DNA of 64,000 nt, from the NCBI GenBank assembly GCA_964492425.1, contig CAZBKB010000005.1, forward strand, positions 12,468 through 76,467, read 5' to 3'. Positions 21,245-28,400 of the stretch are shown here, in pieces. Made by a program: the position numbers and the translations under genes. Source of the DNA: an uncultured Gammaproteobacteria bacterium. GTDB lineage: Bacteria; Patescibacteriota; Microgenomatia; Curtissbacterales; GWA2-41-24. Under the pieces are notes generated by a model. It was not told the DNA's origin and did no database searches. It was given only the letters and a program-made list of their open reading frames with translations. Each line of letters opens with the position of its first letter. Positions within the stretch are counted from its first letter, which is position 1.

Positions 21245-22140
21245 AATTATCGATTGTCATTGTCTCCTATAACGTTCAAGAGCTTTTAGATAAATGTTTA
21301 AAATCCATATATATCGCTTCTAAAAATATCGACCATGAAATTTACGTTGTAGATAACAATTCCCAAGATGGAACAAAAGAGCTGATTATAAATAAACATC
21401 CGCGAGTGCGGTTAATTGCAAATACTCACAATATTGGTTTTTCAAAAGCTAATAACCAGGCAATCAAGTTTGCAAAAGGGGAATATGTCCTTATCTTAAA
21501 TCCGGACACTGTGCTCATGCCCGACACTCTTGTCAAAATGCTCAAGTTTATGGATCAAAAGGATGCAAAAGTAGCCATAGCAACATGTAAGATAGAGCTA
21601 CCCAGTGGCTTGCTCGATCGTGATTGCAGACGCAGTTTCCCAACTCCCGCAAGAGCCCTTACACACTTCACAGGACTTTCTAAAATATTCAGGGGAACAA
21701 AAATATTTGATTCCTACTATATGGGTTATATCTCGATTAACCAAGAAACTGAGGTTGACGCTTGTGTTGGTGCTTTTATGTTTATTAGGCGCAAAATCTT
21801 AAAGGAAGTAGGCAACTTTGATGAAGACTATTTTTTCTATGGTGAAGATTTGGATCTTTGTTATCGTATACGTCAACATAATTACAAAATTTTCTATACT
21901 CCAATTACCAAAATTATTCACCACAAAGGTGCGTCATCCGGCATCAAAAAACACTCAGCCGAATTATCTAAAGCACCTGAAGAGTCTAAAAAGAGGGCAA
22001 TTGTTGAATCAACACATGCAATGGAACTTTTTTATAAAAAACATTACAAAGGTAAATACCCCCTCTTTATTACGTTTGCAGTGATAATAGCGATTGAGAT
22101 TGTTAAAAATATAAGGCTTTTCAGGCATAATTTTTTATGA
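21241..22140 (+). CDS. Glycosyltransferase family 2
   Basis: LSIVIVSYNVQELL...YVVDNNSQDGT and LNPDTVL (DxD-like) motifs. ATGA overlap with the upstream gene. Confidence 0.75.
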   Translation: MKLSIVIVSYNVQELLDKCLKSIYIASKNIDHEIYVVDNNSQDGTKELIINKHPRVRLIANTHNIGFSKANNQAIKFAKGEYVLILNPDTVLMPDTLVKMLKFMDQKDAKVAIATCKIELPSGLLDRDCRRSFPTPARALTHFTGLSKIFRGTKIFDSYYMGYISINQETEVDACVGAFMFIRRKILKEVGNFDEDYFFYGEDLDLCYRIRQHNYKIFYTPITKIIHHKGASSGIKKHSAELSKAPEESKKRAIVESTHAMELFYKKHYKGKYPLFITFAVIIAIEIVKNIRLFRHNFL

Positions 22141-23237
22141 AGATTGGAATAGATGCAAGATTTGTGGGGCCCCAAGGAACAGGGCTAGGTAAATACACCG
22201 AAAAGCTAATCGAAAATCTTGAAAAAATCGATACAAGAAATCAATTTTATATCTTCCTGCGCCAAAGCAACTGGTCATTTCTAAAGTTGACAGGGGGAAA
22301 CTTTACAAAAGTTTTAGCAGACGTCCCCTGGTACTCCCTGGAAGAACAGATAAAAATGGCAGGGATTTATAAATCAAAACATTTAGATCTTCTGCATGTC
22401 CCCCACTTCAATGTTCCTATCCTTTACAACCTGGTGTTTATAGTTACAATACATGATTTAATACATCATAAATTTTCGCAGGAATCAACAACAACCAAAA
22501 ATCCGTTTATTTTCAAAATAAAAAGGTTTGCCTACAAAAGGATAATCACCCATGCTGTGACAAAATCCAAAAAAATATTTGTTCCTTCAAATTATGTTAA
22601 AGAAGAAATCATCAATAACTTTAACCTCGACGCTAAAAAAATTGTTGTAACTTATGAAGCTGCAGAAGAAGAATACTCACAAGGAACAAAATCAAAAGCT
22701 TCAAAATCAAACCAGATAATTTATGTAGGCAATACCTATCCTCATAAAAACATAGCGAAACTTCTGGAAGCTCTAAACATTTTAAAATCAGAAATTAAAA
22801 ATTTAAAATTGATCATCGTCTGTCCCCGGGATGTCTTTACAAATAGGCTGGCAAAAGAAATTACAGATAAGGGTTTAACCCAAGAAGTTGAAATTCTTCC
22901 TTATCAAAATGTAGATCAGCTAGTTAGAATTTTTGCAAAATCCAAGGCTTATATTTTTCCATCTCTGGAAGAAGGTTTCGGTATACCAGGTCTAAACGCT
23001 ATGGCCGCAGGCCTGCCAGTTATTGCATCAAATATTCCAACCTTAAAAGAAATCTACGAAAATGCGGCTATGTACTTTAATCCAAACGACCCAAAAGACA
23101 TTGCCGAAAAAATAAACCAGGTCATCGGCAGTTCAGATATCAGAAAAAGTTTGATCTTTGAAGGTGGGAAACAGGTAAAAAAATATTCATGGCTAAAAAT
23201 GACCAAAGAAACCCTTGCGGTTTACCGCTCAGTCTAA
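22137..23237 (+). CDS. Glycosyltransferase family 4
   Basis: FPSLEEGFGIPGLNAMAAGLPVIASNIPTLKEIYENAAMYFNP. Confidence 0.8.
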   Translation: MKIGIDARFVGPQGTGLGKYTEKLIENLEKIDTRNQFYIFLRQSNWSFLKLTGGNFTKVLADVPWYSLEEQIKMAGIYKSKHLDLLHVPHFNVPILYNLVFIVTIHDLIHHKFSQESTTTKNPFIFKIKRFAYKRIITHAVTKSKKIFVPSNYVKEEIINNFNLDAKKIVVTYEAAEEEYSQGTKSKASKSNQIIYVGNTYPHKNIAKLLEALNILKSEIKNLKLIIVCPRDVFTNRLAKEITDKGLTQEVEILPYQNVDQLVRIFAKSKAYIFPSLEEGFGIPGLNAMAAGLPVIASNIPTLKEIYENAAMYFNPNDPKDIAEKINQVIGSSDIRKSLIFEGGKQVKKYSWLKMTKETLAVYRSV

Positions 23238-23295
23238 TTTAACAAACACAGCTTTTCAATAGAAGAATGTTAGGACGTATAATCCCAACCTCAAG

Positions 23296-23460
23296 AAGAC
23301 AGCCCTCACATATGATCCTTCGACTTCGTTCAGAGCGACTGATTTCAATCTATTAGGTTTTTACTTTAGGCTGTGGAGATAGGATAATCAACATACTACT
23401 CCGACCAAATTTTAATGTCAATAATCAAAAAGTTGCAGACTAATCTATAACTTGTATAAT
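23296..23460 (+). repeat. Diverged copy (R0) of the cassette-junction module, including an outward promoter
   Basis: gatccttcgacttcgttcagagcgactgatttcaatcta ... tttaggctgtggagataggataatcaacatactac ... ttttaatgtcaataatcaaaaagttgcag aligns segment by segment with the R1/R3 modules (gatgacccttcaatttcattcagggtt ... tttgggctatggagataaggtgtttccactatagcac ... ttttctgtcaataatctaaaagttgacac). Confidence 0.5.
23432..23460 (+). promoter_or_regulatory. Candidate sigma70-like promoter with extended -10 (TTGCAG-17-TGTTATAAT)
   Basis: ttgcag at 23432-23437, a 17-nt spacer, then tgt+tataat at 23452-23460. This lies 17 nt upstream of the small ORF at 23478. Confidence 0.4.
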
Positions 23461-23477
23461 CTTTCATTAGCCCCGAT

Positions 23478-23639
23478 ATGACAGAGAGACAACAGCAACT
23501 AGCACGAATTTCTGAAACAAGAACACTATCAACTACAGATAGATTATCGCTCGCCTATTTAGCAAGACAAAATTTTGAGGAGGCAATTGAGATTGCAGCT
23601 CAAACCAAGGGAGGACATTCAAACAATTCTTGCAAGTGA
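23478..23639 (+). CDS. Small hypothetical ORF (53 aa), possibly a frameshifted remnant
   Basis: ATG 23478 to TGA 23639. A +1 frame continues as ILASDDEIAKQAVAYFGRV*, suggesting a decayed gene. No homology recognised. Confidence 0.2.
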   Translation: MTERQQQLARISETRTLSTTDRLSLAYLARQNFEEAIEIAAQTKGGHSNNSCK

Positions 23640-23709
23640 CGACGAAATTGCAAAGCAAGCAGTGGCATATTTTGGCCGAGTGTGAAAACAAAACTATCGG
23701 TGTGCCTTT

Positions 23710-24132
23710 TTAATTTGTATCGAGTGGGTATTGGCTTAAGTGCTTAACAAAGGGAAGATTTACAGCCTTAACAAATTTAGAGTCTGCAGTAAAAAGATCA
23801 CAATTATTTTCTTGAGCTAAGATTGCATATGAAGCATCGTAAACTGTAACCTTATGCTCTTTGGCAAATTTTAAACATTTGGGGAAAAAATCTGGAGTGG
23901 GATTAAATATCTCTATCTTGAAATTCACGAAAAGATTCCAAGCTGCACTTATATCTTTGAGCGTTAATTCAGCTTTAGAAGAAAGAACATTTGCAAGTTC
24001 ATACAAAAGGATGTCGGGAGCGATAACTTTTTGTTCACCTGCTAAAAACTTGTCCAGTAGTATCAAAGATACATGTCTTGTATCTTCTTCCCTTAGCCAT
24101 TTATAAATAATTGAAGTATCGGCTACTACCAT
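23710..24132 (-). CDS. vapC: PIN-domain ribonuclease toxin VapC
   Basis: MVVADTSIIYKWL (conserved Asp5), internal acidic residues and C-terminal FTADSKF. 140 aa. It overlaps the upstream antitoxin gene by 7 nt. Confidence 0.75.
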   Translation of the reverse strand: MVVADTSIIYKWLREEDTRHVSLILLDKFLAGEQKVIAPDILLYELANVLSSKAELTLKDISAAWNLFVNFKIEIFNPTPDFFPKCLKFAKEHKVTVYDASYAILAQENNCDLFTADSKFVKAVNLPFVKHLSQYPLDTN

Positions 24133-24383
24133 TTTCCTTCATATCTCATCTCTCTTAATGATTGAACTATGTCAAAATCTTTTAGCTTTCTTTTCAATAC
24201 TCTTGCGACCTTACGACGATTTGCATGAATTTGATTAACTTGGGTTTGAGAGCGAGTTTTATCTTCGGTGCGTATTTTTTCCCTAACTACTGCAGATAAG
24301 CTTTGACGTTTTTTGGCAGCTTCAGCTTTCAGTCTCAAGTAATCCTCCTCAGAAATTCTTATATTAGTAGTAACATAATTCAT
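24126..24383 (-). CDS. vapB: Ribbon-helix-helix type antitoxin (VapB-like)
   Basis: 85 aa. N-terminal beta-strand TNIRISEEDYLRLKAEAAKK (RHH pattern). It lies directly upstream of the PIN gene and overlaps it. Confidence 0.55.
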   Translation of the reverse strand: MNYVTTNIRISEEDYLRLKAEAAKKRQSLSAVVREKIRTEDKTRSQTQVNQIHANRRKVARVLKRKLKDFDIVQSLREMRYEGKW

Positions 24384-24384
24384 A

Positions 24385-24417
24385 ATACAATTGTATCATT
24401 GTATTGATATTTGTCAA
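24385..24417 (-). promoter_or_regulatory. vapBC promoter with palindromic operator
   Basis: On the minus strand, TTGACA (plus 24412-24417) is followed by a 16-nt spacer and TACAAT (plus 24390-24395). A perfect 12-bp palindrome atacaattgtat (24385-24396) overlaps the -10 and abuts the vapB ATG at 24383, so the transcript would be leaderless. Confidence 0.45.
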
Positions 24418-24453
24418 TTCTTCAACTAACACATATAATCTCAGTAATCAATA

Positions 24454-24660
24454 ATGAAGACTACCCTAGTGCATGATGACCCTTCGATAGACTCAGGGCA
24501 GTTGCTCAATCTCGAAGGTCTTTTTATTCTGAGCGAAGCAAAAATCAGAGACGAAGTTCTCTATTTGGGCTATGGAGATAAGGTGTTTCCACTATAGCAC
24601 TTGCAACTTTTCTGTCAATGCTACAAATTGACATCAAACCTGATGATATGTAATATGTGA
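24454..24660 (+). repeat. Cassette-junction module R1: remnant of the GT 5' end plus a conserved 114-bp block plus promoter
   Basis: It begins atgaagactaccctagtgcatgatgac (M K T T L V H D D, matching MKIALVHDDF of the GT at 28348). Positions 24506-24619 are 114/114 identical to 27547-27660. Confidence 0.7.
24628..24656 (+). promoter_or_regulatory. Near-consensus sigma70-like promoter driving cassette gene 1 (TTGACA-17-TAATAT)
   Basis: ttgaca at 24628-24633, a 17-nt spacer, then taatat at 24651-24656. The ATG at 24665 is only 8 nt downstream of the -10, so the mRNA would be leaderless or have a very short leader. Confidence 0.5.
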
Positions 24661-24664
24661 AACG

Positions 24665-25507
24665 ATGGTTAGAGAAAGAGACTACAAGCCAATAGAAATT
24701 CCGCAAACTGAGCCTCTTGTTATTCTCAGAAACCAGAAATTTTTCCCATTTTCAAATCTTGAATTACCTGAGGAAACAATAGGACATTTTGATTTTGCAA
24801 GCCAGGAGTTTCAGCTTCAAGAAGAAGATGGCATCACTACGGGTAGATTTCTGTATCAAGATGTGATGAGCAATGGTAACACGGCAATGTGGAACTTCCC
24901 TTTTCTTGCCGAAAAGTATTACACCTTAGGCTCTACAGAAGACGATCTAAAGCAATATACTGAGACATATCCTGACTCACCGCATAGGAGAATAATGTTT
25001 AAAGTTGCATTTGACCTTCCGAGGCCTATGGATCCAGAAAGTGAGTTCCGTAAGACGACTAGAATCAGAGTTGAAAATGGACAAACTGGAAATGTGTTTT
25101 ACGCAGTAGAGGCAAGGGCACAAGGTGGATATGACCGAACAAGATCCCCAAAAGATGGGCACTACGCCATACTTTACGATAGCTTCTACTACAAAGGAGA
25201 ACAGTGGGATGATCGTTTGAATAAACATGCTCACTTAGATATTCCAGAAGAAAGATGGCCTGAGATACATCAGCAGGTAGCAGATTATGAAGAAGATAAC
25301 TCCAAGCCTTACCCACAAGAGCTTGCAGACGCACATCGAAGAGTAAGAGAAGAGGATGATAGACGCTCTTATTTAATGCCATTTCGCTTGTCTATCATCA
25401 CGAAACCAGAAGTGGCAAGAGGTATTGCACTAACCATTGAGCAGGTTCCTATGGGTTCTGTAGATCTAAGTGTCAACACACCAGACCAAGTGTTGCACGG
25501 GCACTAA
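24665..25507 (+). CDS. Hypothetical protein (280 aa), cassette gene 1, no recognisable domain
   Basis: Clean ORF with visibly higher G+C than the flanking genes. Acidic and aromatic-rich. Flanked by junction repeats R1 and R2. Confidence 0.5.
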   Translation: MVRERDYKPIEIPQTEPLVILRNQKFFPFSNLELPEETIGHFDFASQEFQLQEEDGITTGRFLYQDVMSNGNTAMWNFPFLAEKYYTLGSTEDDLKQYTETYPDSPHRRIMFKVAFDLPRPMDPESEFRKTTRIRVENGQTGNVFYAVEARAQGGYDRTRSPKDGHYAILYDSFYYKGEQWDDRLNKHAHLDIPEERWPEIHQQVADYEEDNSKPYPQELADAHRRVREEDDRRSYLMPFRLSIITKPEVARGIALTIEQVPMGSVDLSVNTPDQVLHGH

Positions 25508-25694
25508 TCAATTAACCTTAAAATCATCCTCAGCTAAAAAATTGTTAAAATCAGATAGTGAAAATTGCACTAGTACACGATGACTTCAATCTCGAAGGTT
25601 TTTTGTTTGGGGCGTGTTGATAAGACAATTCCATAGTACCACTTGCAAGTTTTAAGTCAAGAAATCAAAATGATGCAAGTTAAAATAGAAGTCT
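25508..25694 (+). repeat. Cassette-junction module R2 (3' repeat plus GT 5' remnant plus diverged 5' module)
   Basis: 25513-25589 matches 28303-28379 (native GT upstream plus first codons) at 75/77. It then carries caatctcgaaggtttttt... and a diverged ccatagtaccacttgcaagtttt. Confidence 0.65.
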
Positions 25695-26873
25695 ATGCCA
25701 GAAAGATTTGAAAGACGAGTCACAAGACCAGTTCAAGTAGGAGAGATAACTATTGGTGGGGATAACCCCATTGCTGTGCAATCAATGGTAACTAGGGAAA
25801 CTCAGGATATTCAAGGAGTAACGGAACAAATCAAACAACTCAACCTCGCAGGTGCTGAAATTGTTAGAGTAACGACACCTACAATTCAAGACGCAGAGTC
25901 GCTTGCTGAAATAAAAGTTGAACTTAAAAGACGATATAAAGATGTACCACTTGTTGCAGATGTTCATCATCAAGGCACAAACATTGCAGTAGAGGCTTCA
26001 AAACATGTTGAGAAAGTTCGCATAAACCCTGGGCTTTTTGTTTACCATAAGAGAACATCCCAGGAAGAATATACACACAATGAGATTGATGAACAAAGGA
26101 ATGAAATTGACTCTGCCTTATCTCCACTTATAAGTGCATGTAGAGAAAGAGGTGTTGCCCTGAGGGTTGGAGTAAATCATGGCAGCCTTGCAGAAAGACT
26201 TACTGTCATGTATGGCGACACACCAGAAGGAATGGTTCAGTCCGCAATGGAATATCTAAAAATATGCGAGGGCTATGGCTTCAAAGATGTAGTGGTTTCG
26301 TTAAAAGCTAGTAGAGCTCCCACCATGATTGCAGCCAATAGGCTAATGGTTGAGCGAATGGATGAGGAGAATATGAACTACCCCATCCATTTAGGTGTTA
26401 CAGAAGCTGGCAAAGACCAATACGCAAGGATTAAAAGCACTTACGGAATTGCAACTCTACTCTCAGAAGGTGTTGGGGATACTATTCGGGTTTCCTTAGC
26501 AGAAGACCCAGTTAAAGAGTTATCCGTTTGTTATGACATCCTTCAAGCAGGAGGCCTTAGGCGTACCAAATCTGAACCAATAGCTTGTCCAGGTTGTGGA
26601 AGAACTAAGTTTGACCTTGATACCGTCACTGATGACATATTTGGTGCAACTGAGCATTTAAAAGGTTTAAGTATTGCTGTGATGGGGTGCATTGTAAACG
26701 GGCCTGGGGAAATGGCAGATGCTGATTATGGCTATGTTGGTCTGGGTGGTGGCAAAATAGCTCTATACAGAGGAAAAGAAGTAATCAGGACTGTCCAGCA
26801 AGAAGAAGCAAGAGATTCTTTAATTGCACTTATAAAAGAAGATGGAAAATGGATAAACCCACCTTCTAATTAA
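25695..26873 (+). CDS. ispG: 4-hydroxy-3-methylbut-2-enyl diphosphate synthase IspG/GcpE
   Basis: Diagnostic IspG blocks: PIAVQSMV, AEIVRVT, VPLVADVHH, RINPG, VGVNHGSL, HLGVTEAG, LSEGVGDTIRVSL, and the [4Fe-4S] Cys ligands in ACPGCGR and GCIVNGPGE. Collinear with E. coli IspG. Confidence 0.85.
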   Translation: MPERFERRVTRPVQVGEITIGGDNPIAVQSMVTRETQDIQGVTEQIKQLNLAGAEIVRVTTPTIQDAESLAEIKVELKRRYKDVPLVADVHHQGTNIAVEASKHVEKVRINPGLFVYHKRTSQEEYTHNEIDEQRNEIDSALSPLISACRERGVALRVGVNHGSLAERLTVMYGDTPEGMVQSAMEYLKICEGYGFKDVVVSLKASRAPTMIAANRLMVERMDEENMNYPIHLGVTEAGKDQYARIKSTYGIATLLSEGVGDTIRVSLAEDPVKELSVCYDILQAGGLRRTKSEPIACPGCGRTKFDLDTVTDDIFGATEHLKGLSIAVMGCIVNGPGEMADADYGYVGLGGGKIALYRGKEVIRTVQQEEARDSLIALIKEDGKWINPPSN

Positions 26874-26905
26874 CCCTAAAATCTTCCTCAGCTAAAAATT
26901 GCGTG
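26871..26905 (+). repeat. Partial copy of the 3' junction repeat after ispG
   Basis: taaccctaaaatcttcctcagctaaaaattgcg matches the start of the 28303/25513 repeat (2 mismatches) and then diverges. Confidence 0.4.
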
Positions 26906-26918
26906 CTAAAATGCCTGA

Positions 26919-27239
26919 GTGGACACATCGTTTGTCAGAAGAAAAGTTGAAAGCGGAGAATATGACCTTTCAAGCCATGCTCACCGAGAAAGACAAGAAG
27001 AACAAATTACAGTAGCAGAAATAGAGCAGGCTCTCCTTACAGGTGATATAATTGAAAAGTATCCAAAAGACGAGAGAGGCGAAAGCTGTTTAGTTGCAGC
27101 AAAAACAGAAAATAAACCAATGCATATAGTGTGTGGAAAACGAGACAGCAGGTTATTAATAGTTACAGTCTACAGACCAAAACTGCCTACTTGGGAAAAT
27201 TATAAACAAAGAACAAAGGAGTTGAAAAGCCGTGTCTAA
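26919..27239 (+). CDS. DUF4258-like small protein (putative toxin-like partner)
   Basis: 106 aa. SSHAHRERQEEQITVAEIEQALLTGDIIEKYP...ESCLV.G...RPMHIVCG...IVTVYRP resembles the DUF4258 family. GTG start. It overlaps the downstream Zn-finger gene by 8 nt. Confidence 0.45.
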   Translation: MDTSFVRRKVESGEYDLSSHAHRERQEEQITVAEIEQALLTGDIIEKYPKDERGESCLVAAKTENKPMHIVCGKRDSRLLIVTVYRPKLPTWENYKQRTKELKSRV

Positions 27240-27471
27240 TTGTTACTTTTGCAAAGGAAAAACCGAAATTAGAAATGTGAACGTGGACTTCAGATGGAAG
27301 GATAAGCTTTTCGTCTTTAAAAGTGTTCCCGTAGAGGTTTGTATCCAATGCGGAGAAAAGTACTACAGTGCAGAAATTTCCAAAAAACTAGATGATTTTG
27401 TCAAAAAACAATCAGAAGCAAAGATCAGTCCACAAAATACCATCCAAGTCCCCGTTTTCAATTGGCAATAA
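27232..27471 (+). CDS. YgiT-type (MqsA N-terminal-like) zinc-finger protein
   Basis: 79 aa. CYFCKG ...(32)... CIQCGEKYY forms a four-Cys zinc ribbon, as in YgiT-type antitoxin-like proteins that commonly pair with DUF4258. Confidence 0.5.
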   Translation: MSNCYFCKGKTEIRNVNVDFRWKDKLFVFKSVPVEVCIQCGEKYYSAEISKKLDDFVKKQSEAKISPQNTIQVPVFNWQ

Positions 27472-27489
27472 ATCTGTTGCTATAATCTT

Positions 27490-27711
27490 CTCATGCGGAT
27501 TGCGTTAGTACACGATGACCCTTCAATTTCATTCAGGGTTATAAATTCAATCTCGAAGGTCTTTTTATTCTGAGCGAAGCAAAAATCAGAGACGAAGTTC
27601 TCTATTTGGGCTATGGAGATAAGGTGTTTCCACTATAGCACTTGCAACTTTTCTGTCAATAATCTAAAAGTTGACACGTAACTAATCCCAGGTATAGAAT
27701 CAGCCTGTTTT
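27490..27711 (+). repeat. Cassette-junction module R3 (GT 5' remnant plus conserved 114-bp block plus promoter)
   Basis: atgcggattgcgttagtacacgatgac (M R I A L V H D D). 27547-27660 is identical to 24506-24619. Confidence 0.7.
27671..27700 (+). promoter_or_regulatory. Sigma70-like promoter driving cassette gene 3 (TTGACA-18-TAGAAT)
   Basis: ttgaca at 27671-27676 and tagaat at 27695-27700. The ATG at 27712 follows with no Shine-Dalgarno sequence. Confidence 0.45.
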
Positions 27712-28305
27712 ATGACAGTAGAGCAACAGCACGAAATTAGAGGCTGGTTGGATGTTATTGCATCTATTCGACAAAAGAGAGCAGAGGCATCACGAGCTGC
27801 TTATTCCTTAAAAGATGTTAGCAGAAAAGATTACGATGGTTTAGATGTGGAGCGATTTGGAGATATTACCACAGGTTTATCAATGGTACTAAAACCAGAG
27901 GAAATAGATGAAGCCCCTCTTGAAATACAAATGGTCCTGAACGATTTAGGTTTAACCTCCGAAGACCAAATTCAAGCCCAGCTAATATTGAAACAATCAG
28001 ACGGCTCACGTGGTTATGATTTTGTACTTAAGCCTACTGAATTAGTAGGAGGGAGAATGGGAATACTTTTAGACAGCAATGGCAGTCACGCAGTTTTAGG
28101 TGGTCCAAGATCAAGGAGCTTTGATGGCATACATCAAACTGTTGAAACATATGAAGGTAAATCAGCAGAAATCTACGAGAACTATAGATTTGGTATGGGA
28201 GATGCTCAAAATCCAAACTTAGTTGAAATTCTATATTCGTGTGTTAAATGGTTCGCAACCTTAGCAGAAAATAGACGAAAGACTCCACCAGAACCTATTA
28301 GTTAA
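27712..28305 (+). CDS. Hypothetical protein (197 aa), cassette gene 3, no recognisable domain
   Basis: Clean ORF with higher G+C than the host genes. Flanked by R3 and the native junction copy. Confidence 0.45.
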   Translation: MTVEQQHEIRGWLDVIASIRQKRAEASRAAYSLKDVSRKDYDGLDVERFGDITTGLSMVLKPEEIDEAPLEIQMVLNDLGLTSEDQIQAQLILKQSDGSRGYDFVLKPTELVGGRMGILLDSNGSHAVLGGPRSRSFDGIHQTVETYEGKSAEIYENYRFGMGDAQNPNLVEILYSCVKWFATLAENRRKTPPEPIS

Positions 28306-28400
28306 CCCTAAAATCATCCTCAGCTAAAAAATTGTTAAAATCAGATAGTGAAAATTGCACTAGTACATGATGACTTCACTCAGGCTGGCGGGGCAGAAAG
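28303..28400 (+). repeat. Native target copy: upstream region plus first about 17 codons of the GT4 gene, shared by all junction modules
   Basis: taaccctaaaatcatcctcagctaaaaaattgttaaaatcagataGTGaaaattgcactagtacatgatgacttcactcaggctggcggggcag. Copies or remnants lie at 25513, 26871, 24454 and 27500. Confidence 0.6.

Larger units (their letters stand above)
24454..28347 (+). mobile_element. Tandem array of integrase-less gene cassettes inserted in the 5' end of the GT4 gene (site-specific accretion hotspot)
   Basis: At least three units of the form [GT 5' remnant - conserved module - promoter - foreign ORF(s) - regenerated GT upstream/5' end]. The foreign ORFs have higher G+C. No recombinase lies within the array. 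Confidence 0.4.

Noticed and set aside
23296-28400. Classical integron (intI-attI-attC cassette array)
   Set aside because: No integron integrase or attI is adjacent. The cassettes carry their own promoters. No attC-like imperfect palindromes were recognised. The repeated unit is a copy of the target gene's 5' end rather than an attC.
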